In this document: one piece after another, positions 19,861 through 32,895 of the stretch
Layout: each line of letters starts with the position of its first letter
Numbering within the stretch: the stretch's first letter is position 1
From: Eledone cirrhosa
Lineage: Eukaryota
Reading direction: 5' to 3'
Length of the DNA: 64,000 bases
Assembly (NCBI GenBank): GCA_964016885.1
Contig: CAXHJY010000125.1
Span: 1-64,000, forward strand
Notes under the pieces: model-generated
The model's database searches: none
What the model saw: the letters and a program-made list of their open reading frames with translations, nothing else
Told to the model about the DNA's origin: nothing
Translations under genes and position numbers: made by a program

Positions 19861-20413
19861 ACAAAGTGCAGGGCAATAAAGATAGACGGTAGCCACGGAG
19901 TAGGCAGACCCAGAAAAACCTGGGACGACATGATAAATTCCGACCTCACACGCTTACACATCTCCAAGACAATGTCACTGGACCGAGACCTTTGGCGGTA
20001 CTCAGTAATAGAGAAGACCCGCCTTACCTAAATACAAAGTAACAGTAGGCATCTCTATCAAAACACACACCCCGTCCCACCACCTCCACCCCATCCACAC
20101 CGCCCCTTTTAATGTAAAGTTATGTTGGTCCCTCAACATCCAGGCCGAAACAAATGAGATAGTGTAGGTGTCACGACAAAAAAACACAGTCCACGCTGTA
20201 AATGTGGCCGTGTAGGCAACACGGTAGAAACCTCCCAGCCCCACACTGTAAATGTGGTTGGTGTTAGGAAGGGCATCCAGCTGTAGAAAACCCGCCAGAC
20301 AGTCCTATGCGAGCAAGACAACCACTCTTGCCTCAAGTGGGAAAACCCCCGTCCAAACCCATGCAAGCGTGGAACACGGACGCTAAACCTGATGATGATG
20401 ATGATGATGATGA
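19861..20413 (+). mobile_element. RTE-like LINE 3' fragment with (GAT)n tail
   Basis: encodes [14 protein letters not shown] end of ORF; matches reverse complement of 42161-42780. Confidence 0.85.
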
Positions 20414-20459
20414 TACACATATATATATATATTCATATATATATATATATATACATACA

Positions 20460-20497
<38 letters not shown>

Positions 20498-20515
20498 CAT
20501 GTATATATATACATG

Positions 20516-20567
<52 letters not shown>

Positions 20568-21098
20568 CATCATCATCATCGTTTAACGTCCATATTCCAC
20601 GCTTGCATGGGTTTGGACTGGGGTTTTCCCACTTGAGGCAAGAGTGGTTGTCTTGCTCGCATAGGACTGTCTGGCGGGTTTTTCTAAGGCTGGATGCCCT
20701 TCCTAACACCAACCACATTTACAGTGTGGAATTGGGAGGTTTTTACCATGTTGCCTACATGACCACATTACAGCGTGGACTGTGTGTTTTTTGTCGTGAC
20801 ACCTACACAACCTCATTTGTTTCGGGCTGGATGTTATGACACCAACATAACTTTACATTGAAGGCGTGGTGTGGATGGGGTGGGGGTAGTGTTTATATAC
20901 AGTATTTTGTTAGAGGTGCCTACTGACTGTAGTAGGTTTCACTTTGTACTTAGGTAAGGTGGGTCTACTCTATTACTGTGTAGCGCCAAAGCTCTCGGTC
21001 CAGTGACATTGCCTTGGAGAGGTGTAAGTGTGTGAGGTCAGAATTTATCAAGTCGTCCCAGGTTTTTCTGGGTCTGCCTACTCCGTGGCTACCGTCTA
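20568..21098 (-). mobile_element. RTE-like LINE 3' fragment, more diverged copy
   Basis: inverted homolog of 19881-20413 with (CAT)n on the plus strand. Confidence 0.85.
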
Positions 21099-21399
21099 TA
21101 TATAAATGTATATATATACAGAATATGAACCTGAAGATTTACTGTGTTTACTTCTACACATATTAATATTATAATGCTCAGCATTTATACTTTGAGTTTG
21201 TTAATTGCAGGGTATCTATATGAGTTAATAACTCTATATTTTATTTGTATTTCGGCTCCATATCTGTTGACCTTATAAAAATGAGTGTAAATAGGCTATT
21301 ATTTCTAGCATAACCACTAGCACCGCATGTTACTTTCAACGCACGACGTGTAAACTTTAGTGATTTTCTTGTTATAGGTGTTGTGTATCATTTAATCTT

Positions 21400-21491
21400 A
21401 TCTCTCATTGACAAAATGCCTATGGATTACTTGTTACAAACACGATTTATTCAGGGCGAAACAGATTAAATCTTTAGTCTGTCCGGGAGAT
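21400..21491 (+). ncRNA. Variant type I hammerhead (U3-A8 core, extra nt before stem II)
   Basis: ATCTCTCa-TTGACAA-aat-GCCT..GGGC-GAAA-CAGATTAA atct TTAGTCTG-TC-cGGGAGAT. Confidence 0.55.
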
Positions 21492-21539
21492 GAAATTGTT
21501 ATTGATATGGTATGTATGAAAAATATTATAAGAAATCTT

Positions 21540-21810
21540 TGTGGGTATGGTGTGGCGTGCGGGGGGGGGGGAGTGCTCGACCGGAAGGGGTTTTTGAGTG
21601 CTCGACCGGAAGGGGTCTTTGACCGGAAGGATGCTCGACCGGAAGGGCCAGGAGAGGGCCTCTCTCTAGTGGTGACCAGCATACGGCGAGGACGCGTTTT
21701 GGGCAGCTCCCGGTTTTAAGCAGTCGGACGCACGTGGAAGAGGAGTACCTGCAGTGGAATTAAGCGGCGCCTGTGAAAAGCGATAAGTGAGATAGCTTTT
21801 TCTAACCACA
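21540..21810 (+). repeat. 5' LTR
   Basis: TGTGG..CCACA; internal GACCGGAAGG repeats; few differences from the 3' LTR. Confidence 0.95.
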
Positions 21811-21880
21811 AGCTATTTCGGCGACTGAAAAAAAAAAAAAAAAAAGAAAAGAAAACACTTGCCGCAAAACAAATCAGAAG

Positions 21881-22642
21881 ATGGCGACAAGACTACGGAT
21901 GAACGAAGTTATCAGGCCATTCACCGGGGAAGGTGATGTTGTCGCTTGGCTGCGGAAGGTTCGGCTGGTCGCGGGCTTGCAGAAGATAGAAGACGTGGCC
22001 GGTCTCATTGCATTGTACCTCGAGGGCGACGCGTTGGTACTCTTCCTTGAGTTGGACGAGCACAGCCAAAGAGATGTGCAGAAGATTGAGAGGCGTCTGA
22101 TGGATGCATTCGCCGAGGGACCGTTGGCGGGCTTTTGCTAAGCTGGCGAGAATCAGGTGGAATGGTGAGCGCGTCGACATTTTCGCAGCGGAAATAAGGC
22201 GGTTGGCTATGTTGGCGGCTACCAGGCAGAATGCGAACGCACGGTGCGGTTGGCATTCATCAATGGATTTCCGGACGACATAGCGGTGAAACTGCAGCAG
22301 GTCCCGGGGTACAAGGAGATGGAAATGCGTTCACTGGTGGAACAAGCCCGGATCATAGCGGAAGATGCCAAAAAGAGTGTCGCGGCGATAGCGACTACGG
22401 AGGCTCAGGACACCTGGCAGCGAAATGGTCAAAGGGAAGCAACCTCGGCACGCGGCCGTTCGCGAGAATTTAAGGGCCGCTGTTTTAGGTGTAACGGCCC
22501 TCATATGGCTAGGGACTGTAGAGAGTCGAAGCCGGATATAATTTGCTACCGGTGTAAGCGACCAGGCCACATCGCTACTAACTGCGACCAGGGAAACGGT
22601 CCAAGGGGAACTACTGCGCCGGTAGTTACCCCTTACGAGTAG
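21881..22642 (+). pseudogene. gag: gag with two CCHC zinc knuckles, disrupted by two compensating indels
   Basis: PFTGEGDVVAWL start; frame change at ~22130-22215; CFRCNGPHMARDC and CYRCKRPGHIATNC. Confidence 0.85.
22591..22632 (+). promoter_or_regulatory. Predicted -1 programmed ribosomal frameshift signal
   Basis: G GGA AAC slippery heptamer in the gag frame, 7-nt spacer, hairpin GGGGAACTAC..GTAGTTACCCC; pol is in the -1 frame and open from here. Confidence 0.8.
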
Positions 22643-22653
22643 CGGCGCTGCCC

Positions 22654-25467
22654 GTGGTGGAAGTCTTCGTGAGGGGGAAGCCACAGCGAGCCCTCGTGGA
22701 TACGGGCTGTACGACGACACTGGTGACCGCGGGGGTGGCGCAGAGGTGGGGAGGGAAGAGCAGCGTAAGGGTAGTCGACGGCAGGAAAATTGAATGCCGA
22801 GGTCGCAGCGAGATGGAAATAGCGGTACGGGGAAGGACGATAAGGCTTTCCGCCATCGTGGTAGACAGTGTGGTGGATGGGATCGGCGTGGTTATGGGCA
22901 TGGACGCGATTGGCCGTCTAGGGGGCGTCACGGTGAACAATGTCGGTGTGTCGTTTGGCGCCGCTGCATCGGTATGCGCTGTGAGTGCACGTCATGAGAA
23001 CCGGAAGGCCCGCGAGGAGCAATACCCCGCTTACACTGTACAGGACAAGGACTTCAAGGCCGTGTTTGATGGGCAGCGATGGGTTGTTGAGTGGTACTGG
23101 AAGGGAGAACCACCAACACTGAAGACCAAAGTGGGCTGCTATCAACACACATTGAAGGGAAACGCTAGGGGCGAGTTCGAGCGAGAAGTAGAGAGATGGA
23201 TCGAAGAGGGCATACTGCTTCCCTGGAAGGAGGAGGTGAAGTGCGGAGTATTGCCGTTGATGGCGGTGGTGCAACCCACGAAGAGCAAGGTGAGGCCGGT
23301 GCTGGACTATCGAGAGCTGAACGAGCACGTGTCATGCCACACGGGTGGCGAGGTCACAGATGTCTGTGGGGAAACCCTGCGTGAGTGGAGACGCATGACG
23401 GGGGGTTCAGCGATCGTGGATCTAAAGTCGGCTTACTTGCAGTTGCATATAGATGAGAAGCTCTGGCGGTATCAGCTGGTTAGGTATAAGGGCCGGACAT
23501 ATTGCCTGACCAGGCTCGGTTTCGGGCTGAGCTCCGCACCGAAGATCATGGCGGCGGTCCTCAAGACCGCGCTGGGGAGGGCCGACAAGATAAAGAGGGC
23601 TACTAACTCCTACATTGACGACATCCTAGTGGACGAGTCGGTGGTGTCGACGGCGGAGGTCACGAGCCATTTGCGGAGGTATGGACTGACTGCGAAGCCA
23701 TCAGAAGCATTGGAGGGAGGAGCCGCGCTGGGACTTAGGCTACGGCGAGATAAGACGGGCGTTTTGGTGTTCCAGAGGGGAAACGAAGTTCCGGAACTGA
23801 GCCCAAGTATGAATAGGCGGGAGCTTTTCTCGGTGTGTGGAAAGCTGGTGGGTCACTACCCGATCGCTGGGTGGCTCCGGACGGCATGCAGCTATGTCAA
23901 GAGACGAGCGGGAGGGGTGACTTGGAGTGACAGAGTGGGAGAGAGAATGGTGGCCATGATGCAGGAGATCGTGGGGAGGGTGAAGGCTGACGACCCAGTG
24001 CGGGGACGCTGGTATGTTCCCAAATCACGGAGCGGGACCGTATGGTGCGATGCCAGCAGAATAGCGCTGGGTGTCACGTTGGAGATAGGAGGTGTTGAGG
24101 TCGAGGATGCAGCCTGGATTAGAAAGAAGGACGACTGCAGCCACATCAATGTGGCCGAGCTGGACGCGGTGTTGAGAGGGGTGAACCTCGCCCTGCGGTG
24201 GGGGCTGCGCACCATCGAGATACGCACCGACTCGGCTACCGTACTCGGATGGGTAAGATCAGTGCTCACCAGTGAGAAGAGAGTGCGAACGAGAGGCGCG
24301 GCGGAGATGCTGATAAAGCGCCGCCTGGGAACGTTAGGAGAGCTGGCCACCGAGTTCGACCTGAAGCTGAGCGTAGTGTTCGTGCCTTCAGAGAAAAATA
24401 GGGCGGACATCTTAACTAGAGTGAAGAAAGCCTGGATGGAAGCGCCGGAGGAGGTAGAGGATGAGATAGCTGCCGTGTGTCGGCTGACCGAGTTAGACCT
24501 GAAGGGGTTGCATGACATGCACCACATGGGGGTGGATAGGAGCCTGTTCCTAGCCAGGAGAATCGACTCGGACGTTAGCAGACACAGTGTTCGGGGGGTC
24601 GTTAGAGGCTGCGTCCGATGTCAGTCCATTGATCCCGCCCCGGGTGTACACGAAACGGGAAGCCTCCCGGTGGATCGCGACTGGAAGCGATTAGCGGTGG
24701 ATGTGACGCACTACCGGCAGAGAACGTACCTCTCGATGGTCGACTGTGGACCAGGTCGAGTGGCGATATGGAGGGAGATGAAGACCGGAACGGCCGAGGA
24801 AATCGTGCGGACGTTGAGAGAGGTGTTCTTGGAGCGGGGCCCTGTGGATGAACTGCTGATGGACAACAGCGCAGCGTTCCGCTCGGAGGCACTGAGGGGG
24901 ATGCTCGAGGGATGGAAGGTGGACCGTTTCTTCAGAGCGGCGCACAGGCCGAGCGGAAATAGAATCGTGGAGCGACACCACCGGACGATCAAGGCAATGG
25001 CGGAGCGGGGCCATATCTCACCAATGGAGGCAGTGTTCTGGTACAATATGTCCCCTCGGGTTGGACAGGTCGAGGAATCGGTGCCACACAGAGCAGTATT
25101 CAAATACGAGTGGCGGCACCCGTGCACCCCACCACAACGGCCAGTGGGGAGAGAGAGTGCATTCGTGCAGGTGGGCGAAGAAGTCTGGGTTAAGCCCCCA
25201 GATGCACGGTGCACATCTCAATGGGGAAGGGGAACGGTGACGGCCGTAAATTCAAAGAACAATGTGTCCGTGGACGGGGTACCACGTCATGTCCTGGATG
25301 TAAGAAGAATCACTGTATCGACGGACTCCGAGGAAGAGGAAACCCAAGATGAGGTGGAAACCCAGAGCCCTGCCCCAATACTACGAAGATCGCAACGGAG
25401 TCGTAGACCACCGACCTGGACGGCAGACTTTCATATGCAGAGGGACGAGGGGGAAATTGATCCTTGA
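22654..25467 (+). CDS. pol: pol polyprotein (protease, RT, RNase H, integrase); probably expressed by frameshift from ~22597
   Basis: ALVDTGC, RPVLDYR, DLKSAY, YIDD, WCDAS, H..H..C..C, AVD..MDN..VER. Confidence 0.93.
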   Translation: MVEVFVRGKPQRALVDTGCTTTLVTAGVAQRWGGKSSVRVVDGRKIECRGRSEMEIAVRGRTIRLSAIVVDSVVDGIGVVMGMDAIGRLGGVTVNNVGVSFGAAASVCAVSARHENRKAREEQYPAYTVQDKDFKAVFDGQRWVVEWYWKGEPPTLKTKVGCYQHTLKGNARGEFEREVERWIEEGILLPWKEEVKCGVLPLMAVVQPTKSKVRPVLDYRELNEHVSCHTGGEVTDVCGETLREWRRMTGGSAIVDLKSAYLQLHIDEKLWRYQLVRYKGRTYCLTRLGFGLSSAPKIMAAVLKTALGRADKIKRATNSYIDDILVDESVVSTAEVTSHLRRYGLTAKPSEALEGGAALGLRLRRDKTGVLVFQRGNEVPELSPSMNRRELFSVCGKLVGHYPIAGWLRTACSYVKRRAGGVTWSDRVGERMVAMMQEIVGRVKADDPVRGRWYVPKSRSGTVWCDASRIALGVTLEIGGVEVEDAAWIRKKDDCSHINVAELDAVLRGVNLALRWGLRTIEIRTDSATVLGWVRSVLTSEKRVRTRGAAEMLIKRRLGTLGELATEFDLKLSVVFVPSEKNRADILTRVKKAWMEAPEEVEDEIAAVCRLTELDLKGLHDMHHMGVDRSLFLARRIDSDVSRHSVRGVVRGCVRCQSIDPAPGVHETGSLPVDRDWKRLAVDVTHYRQRTYLSMVDCGPGRVAIWREMKTGTAEEIVRTLREVFLERGPVDELLMDNSAAFRSEALRGMLEGWKVDRFFRAAHRPSGNRIVERHHRTIKAMAERGHISPMEAVFWYNMSPRVGQVEESVPHRAVFKYEWRHPCTPPQRPVGRESAFVQVGEEVWVKPPDARCTSQWGRGTVTAVNSKNNVSVDGVPRHVLDVRRITVSTDSEEEETQDEVETQSPAPILRRSQRSRRPPTWTADFHMQRDEGEIDP

Positions 25468-25480
25468 GATCAGGGTGGCG

Positions 25481-25748
25481 TGTGGGTATGGTGTGGCGTG
25501 CGGGGGGGGGGTGCTCGACCGGAAGGGGTTTTTTAGTGCTCGACCGGAAGGGGTCTTTGACCGGAAGGATGCTCGACCGGAAGGGCCAGGAGAGGGCCTC
25601 TCTCTAGTGGTGACCAGCATACGGTGAGGACGCGTTTTGGGCAGCTCCCGGTTTTAAGCAGTCGGACGCACGTGGAAGAGGAGTACCTGCAGTGGAATTT
25701 AGCGGCGCCTGTGAAAAGCGGTAAGTGAGATAGCTTTTTCTAACCACA
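25481..25748 (+). repeat. 3' LTR
   Basis: copy of 21540-21810, preceded by a G-rich tract. Confidence 0.95.
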
Positions 25749-25869
25749 ATCTTGTAACATCCCATATGATTCAGGTTAAATTATATGTAACATTTGTGGT
25801 GTAATCTACCCTTGTAATTTTAGACACAGGATTTACTGTGTTTTCTTCTACACATATTAATATTATAAT

Positions 25870-25956
25870 TGTTTCTACTTTAGGCACAAGGCCAGCAATT
25901 ACCCAGTACATTACTGGTACTTTATTTTATCGACCCCGTAAGGATGAAAGACAAAG
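25870..25956 (-). mobile_element. 5'-truncated SINE with 7-bp TSD TTATAAT
   Basis: matches 3' half of the SINEs at 32896-33283; absent from the sister repeat at 21136-21250. Confidence 0.85.
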
Positions 25957-26102
25957 TTATAATGCTCAGTATTTATACTTTGAGCTTGTTAATTGCAGGG
26001 TATCTATATGGGTTAATAACTCTATATTTTATTTGTATAAATATATATATATATATATAGTGATGAAGCATAAGTCAATTGCATGAACTCAATCCTTTAT
26101 TT

Positions 26103-26158
26103 ACTGCTATATATATTTCGATGATAGCCATTGAGTGGCTATGACCTCATCAGGCAGT
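26103..26158 (-). ncRNA. Type I hammerhead ribozyme (minimal, palindromic stem III)
   Basis: minus ACTGC-CTGATGA-GGTCATAGCCA ctcaa TGGCTATCATC-GAAA-TATATA-TA-GCAGT. Confidence 0.85.
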
Positions 26159-26465
26159 TAGTCAGTTCTTAGATATTCCAGCTCTGTGTTTATAGTGTTG
26201 ATTGTATCAGAGCCTTGGGACATATGAGCTTGTTAGGAATAATTTAATGTTGTCAGCAGGAATAATCTTAATTCACATTGGTCAGTTTGTAGATGCTAGT
26301 AGGGTTGGTATTTGACCTCACAGAGGCAGGTGGTGTTGTAAAGTTCAAACCATCAGGCAAGATGACAATAGTTCCATATGACTGATTTTCACAAAAAGCA
26401 TTCCTGGTCAGATATATATTCAATTGGGTTTATAGTATGAAATTCGATACTACAGGTCAATCTTA

Positions 26466-26762
26466 AATTGAGGAATTTATGTAGGGTGGTACTACTGAAA
26501 ATTATGGTTAGAGTAGAATACTAGAAAATTTACATATAAAAAGACTTATGTTGGTTGACTTGTACATACACTCACACCCACCCCCACAGACACACACACA
26601 CAGCCACACATACAAATTGAGGAATTTATGTGGGGTGATGATACTGAAAATTATGGTAAGAGTCAAATACTTAGAGAGTTTAGAAATAAAAAGACCTATG
26701 TTGGTTGACTTGTGCATACACTCACACCTACCTCCTCAGACACACACACACATCTACACACA
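26466..26762. repeat. Diverged ~150-bp tandem duplication
   Basis: AAATTGAGGAATTTATGT..TTGGTTGACTTGT..CACTCACACC occurs twice. Confidence 0.75.
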
Positions 26763-27149
26763 CAAATCCATACAGGTGTGTATATATATATATGTACGCA
26801 CAAGTGCATATATATATACAACAGAGGCGCCCAAATCCAAGTATAAGGCAGACATAAAACTAGGTGGGTGTTATTTTTAAAGAGAAGTAAAGTGGGTGTT
26901 TGGAAAAGTTTTTGTTTAGACTAGACAAAGTAGAGTGTGATATATATCTTCACAGCAATAGCTTTGGAGCATAGGCGAATCTCTTAGTACAGATACACAT
27001 ACCCAGCCACACTTTTATACCTCTGGATGCGCGTGTATGTCTATATACACATGTGCACTCATACAAGAGAGCATACACAAATATACTCCTAAGCATACAC
27101 TTGAACATTTTTCAAATGCAACCTGGAGTATTAGTAAATATCGTGTAAA

Positions 27150-27901
27150 TATCGTGTCTATAGTCTGCCTTTCATAGGTTATAGATTCCATACACTGGTG
27201 GTTTGTTTTTTTCCCTGTTTTATTGGTAGCGCACTGTATATCTCTCTCTGGTGTGTTACCTTTTCAACATATTGTATTTTAAAGAGCTCAGGATTTCTCC
27301 TCCTTTGAGCACATTATTTACAGGGAATGGCGAGGGCCTATGCCTTCGTTAATTTATCGTGATATTTCGCTCCTTATAACAGTCTTTCCTGTCTCTCTGT
27401 TTGGTTGAGCACACTTCTCTGAGTGGTTTGGGGCTGCCCTTTCTAGCAGTTCGTCCCTCAGAGGCCACTGGTTCACTGCCCTTAAACACGCTGTGACTTC
27501 TCTCTCCCACGAGTAGCTGAACAGTCACTTTTAAAATTCTCTTAGTGTTGTCTGAAATGTATAGCCTTACACACGCTGATGAACCGAGGTTAATACATTT
27601 CTTTCAACAAATTGCTGGCGAAACATATCTTTGGATTTGTACGTGTGTTATATAGTTATACAGGTATTTATTTACGCTTTAATTTATATTTTTAATTATC
27701 GTGTCTATAGTCTGCCTTTCATAGGTTATAGATTCCGTACACTGGTGGTTTTTTCCCCCTGTTTTATTGATAGCGCACTGTATATCTCTCTCTGGTGTGT
27801 TACCTTTTCAACATATTGTATTTTAAAGAGCTCGGGATTTCTCCTCCTTTGAGCACATTATTTACAGGGAATAGCGAGGGCCTATTGCTCCGTTAATTTA
27901 T

Positions 27902-27909
<8 letters not shown>
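27150..27909 (+). mobile_element. ORF-less ~547-bp terminally redundant hammerhead unit; retrozyme-like
   Basis: 27150-27365 repeated at 27697-27909; hammerhead and GCTC..GTTGAGC motif between the repeats; ends in TA satellite. Confidence 0.7.
27569..27648 (+). ncRNA. Type I hammerhead ribozyme with extended stem III
   Basis: ACACACG-CTGATGA-aCCG..TGGc-GAAA-CATATC..GATTTG-TA-CGTGTGT; first pair of stem II mismatched. Confidence 0.7.
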
Positions 27910-27947
<38 letters not shown>

Positions 27948-28072
27948 GTATATATATATATATATATAAATGTATATATATATATATATATAAATGTATA
28001 TATATATATATATATATAAATGTATATATATATATATATATAAATGTATATATATATATATATATATAAATG

Positions 28073-28113
<41 letters not shown>

Positions 28114-28231
28114 GTATATATATATATATATATAAATGTATATATATATATATATATAAATGTATATATATATATATATATAAATGTATATATATATATA
28201 TATATAAATGTATATATATATATATATATAA

Positions 28232-28313
<82 letters not shown>

Positions 28314-28332
28314 GTATATATATATATATATA
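27910..28332. repeat. Interrupted (TA)n satellite, TAAATGTA variant
   Basis: direct inspection. Confidence 0.95.
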
Positions 28333-28559
28333 TTGGTAAACGGAATAGAAAATGCTGACAAATTGTTCACAGTTGAAAAATGGTTTAATTAGGAATAAAA
28401 GAGTATTAGTGATTGTATGGGTTAGTATTCAGTTGTGGTTTAAAGTTTTTAAGTTTTTACCGGTTGCGCATTTCTAAATGCTTTTCAAAAATAATTTTGA
28501 GATAGAGTGTCCGTGCTGTTTGCTCTGATCTGATTAGTTTTGGGAATTCTACCTGTTTT

Positions 28560-28788
28560 TATGTTAAAAAAATGGCTCCAGCGTTATTTTTGTGTTGCAA
28601 AAATGCTTGTGGTCAAAACAATTTTGATTGGTCGGTAGAGGTCATGTGAATGTAAAAAGTTGATTTTGCGCCAAGACTGTTTTTATGTTAAAATGTTAGA
28701 AAAGTGGCTCCAGCAAAAATTATGGTCAAAACAATTTTGATTGGTCGGTAGAGGTCATGTGGATAAAAAATTGGTTTTGCGCCAAGAT
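28560..28788. repeat. Diverged ~120-bp tandem duplication followed by (GT)n
   Basis: GGCTCCAGC..GGTCAAAACAATTTTGATTGGTCGGTAGAGGTCATGTG..TTTTGCGCCAAGA occurs twice. Confidence 0.7.
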
Positions 28789-28812
28789 TGAGAAATGACT
28801 CTTTCACAACAA

Positions 28813-28880
<68 letters not shown>

Positions 28881-29268
28881 TAGTAGTAGTAAGGTGTTCG
28901 ATGCTGCGACAATAGCCACCAGCGATGTGTGTCAAATGGCTATTAAGATAAGTGTGTGTGTGTGTGTGTGTGTGTGCGTACATACACACAGCAGAGTCAT
29001 TCGAAGGTCAAAAGATATTTTTCAGCTTTTGTCTTATACGGAGAAGTGCGTGTGTGTGTGTGTGTATAAGTCTCTTTGTATGTTGATGTACGCGTGTGTA
29101 TGTGTTTGTGTATATATGTGTGTGTGTGTGTGTGTGCGTGTGTGGGTGGACCAGTATTTTTTTCCCCCCTGGTAAAATGGTGTACATTATTCGATTTTTT
29201 CAGTAAAATCGGTTCTCTTAATAGAACATCAACAATCTTAACAATAAAAGGTGTGAAATGATATTCAC

Positions 29269-29317
<49 letters not shown>

Positions 29318-29320
29318 TTT

Positions 29321-29357
<37 letters not shown>

Positions 29358-29498
29358 TACATACATATATATGCACATATATTTTTTGTATTGCACCATA
29401 GAGCATGTGTGTTTACGTGTGTCATTGTGTTTATATGTGGGTAGAGATGTGTGCTGATGTAGGTATGTATGTTGACGTGTGTATGTTGTGGGTTCGTC

Positions 29499-30683
29499 TT
29501 AGGGAGAAGTGTTTAGACGGGGTCCGTATTTGTTAATGAAGTAAGATTCCTTGCTGATGCGCTGGGTGTGGGTGGCATTATCTTTAAATTTGTAGAGGGG
29601 AAAGATTCTGAAGTTGGGATGATTTTGGGCGGCGCAGGTATCAATGTGTTCACTCAGTGGTATTTTCCTGTATTCCCGTATTTTAATTTGGGATCTATGG
29701 ACAGTCATGCGTTGGCGGAGGCTGTTTTTGGTCTGGCCTATGTATTGTTCTCGACAACCTGAACAAGTTAATACATATATTAAATTTTCCGATGCACATG
29801 TGAAATTGTGTTTTACTATAAAACGTTGTCCATCTTTGAAATAGAATTCCGAACACTCTATTAGGTTGATGCAAATGCCACAGTTGGGTCTATCGCATTT
29901 TTTTACTGTGGGTTTCGTTGTTGTGGTTGGCAGTACTTTGGCATGTGTTAAGATGTTTTTCATTGACTTGGATTGTCTTTTGCTCTTTATGATATCGTGT
30001 GTTCGTAGAATTTGGTTCATTCTATGGTCCTTTTTCAATACAGGGATGTTCTGGAGGATGGTGTCAAAGGCCTCGTTGTTGAGGGGGTTGTGTGTGGAGA
30101 TGTATGGAAGAGCTTTTAGTTTTGGTTGATTTACTTTAGGGTGTCTAAGGTCCTGGGTACTGAGTTTTAGGGCACGTTGGATTCCATTGTCAATTAGTGA
30201 TGCAGGGTAGTCCCTGCCTATGAGTGTGTCCTTTAGTTCTTGTAGCCGTAAGTAGCAGATGTTTTTATTGGAGACTATAGTACAGATTCTCTTGGCTAAG
30301 TTGTAGGGAATATTAATTTTAACGTGTCTAGGGTGGCAAGAGTTGAAGGGGAGGTATTGCTTGGAGTCTGTGGGCTTGTAGTATATGTCTGTTTCTATTT
30401 TTTTGTTATGGATCTTAATGAGGATGTCGAGGAAGGGGAGTTGTTGATGGCTGTATTCCATCGTGAAGTTAATATTTGTGTTGAGCCCATTTATAAGGGT
30501 GTGAAATTCTTTAAGTTTTTCGATGTTTTCGTGCCAAAGGATGAAGCAGTCATCAAGATATCGCTTCCAGTTCCTTTCAATGTGTAAGTGGAGGGTGTTT
30601 CCAAATTTGTTTAGGACTTTAGTGTAGAGGGTGATTTCCAGGTATCCCATGACTAGGTTGGCATACGTAGGGGCTGTTTTCGT
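29499..30683 (-). pseudogene. Penelope-like element C (Neptune-like): 5'-truncated RT + GIY-YIG
   Basis: [56 protein letters not shown]; the rest of the listed 1032-aa ORF is TA satellite. Confidence 0.88.
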
Positions 30684-32580
<1,897 letters not shown>

Positions 32581-32895
32581 GTAGATAAATCTTCCAAAAT
32601 GTACGGTAGTGTCCAATCCGTATGAAGAACTCAATGTCATCCGAATATGATGAAAAAAATGTATTCAAAAAATTTTTTCGATGAAAAACACAGGAAAACA
32701 GAGTCAAGATAATTTAATAAGAATAATGAATAAAAATAAAGAAACAGTTCCTTATATTGAAAAATTCATCATTTTACGATCGTTTCTAGGATATATATGT
32801 GTGTGTTGGTATGTATATCATATAGATCTATGTAAAATTTTTACAAACTATCAGAGGGAATATACATACCTACACATATATATGCTGTCTTCAGA

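Larger units (their letters stand above)
21540..25748 (+). mobile_element. Ty3/Gypsy LTR retrotransposon, full length (4209 bp)
   Basis: TG..CA LTRs, 5-bp TSD ATCTT (21535-21539, 25749-25753), gag-pol with PR-RT-RH-IN order. Confidence 0.95.
21136..26038 (+). mobile_element. ORF-less ~480-bp terminally redundant hammerhead unit, interrupted by a Gypsy element and a SINE fragment
   Basis: 21136-21250 repeated at 25830-26038; removing the LTR element plus TSD gives a 480-bp period; variant hammerhead inside. Confidence 0.65.

Noticed and set aside
21575-21650. Short GACCGGAAGG repeats as a CRISPR-like array
   Set aside because: Internal LTR tandem repeats without unique spacers; eukaryotic context, no cas genes.
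26400-27130. Decayed PLE RT thumb coding remnants
   Set aside because: Only faint motif resemblance with many stops; cannot be supported without a profile search.
32590-32650. Hammerhead in the element B terminus (also 35375-35430)
   Set aside because: CGGATGA..GACA has core changes and stem I does not pair; unsupported.
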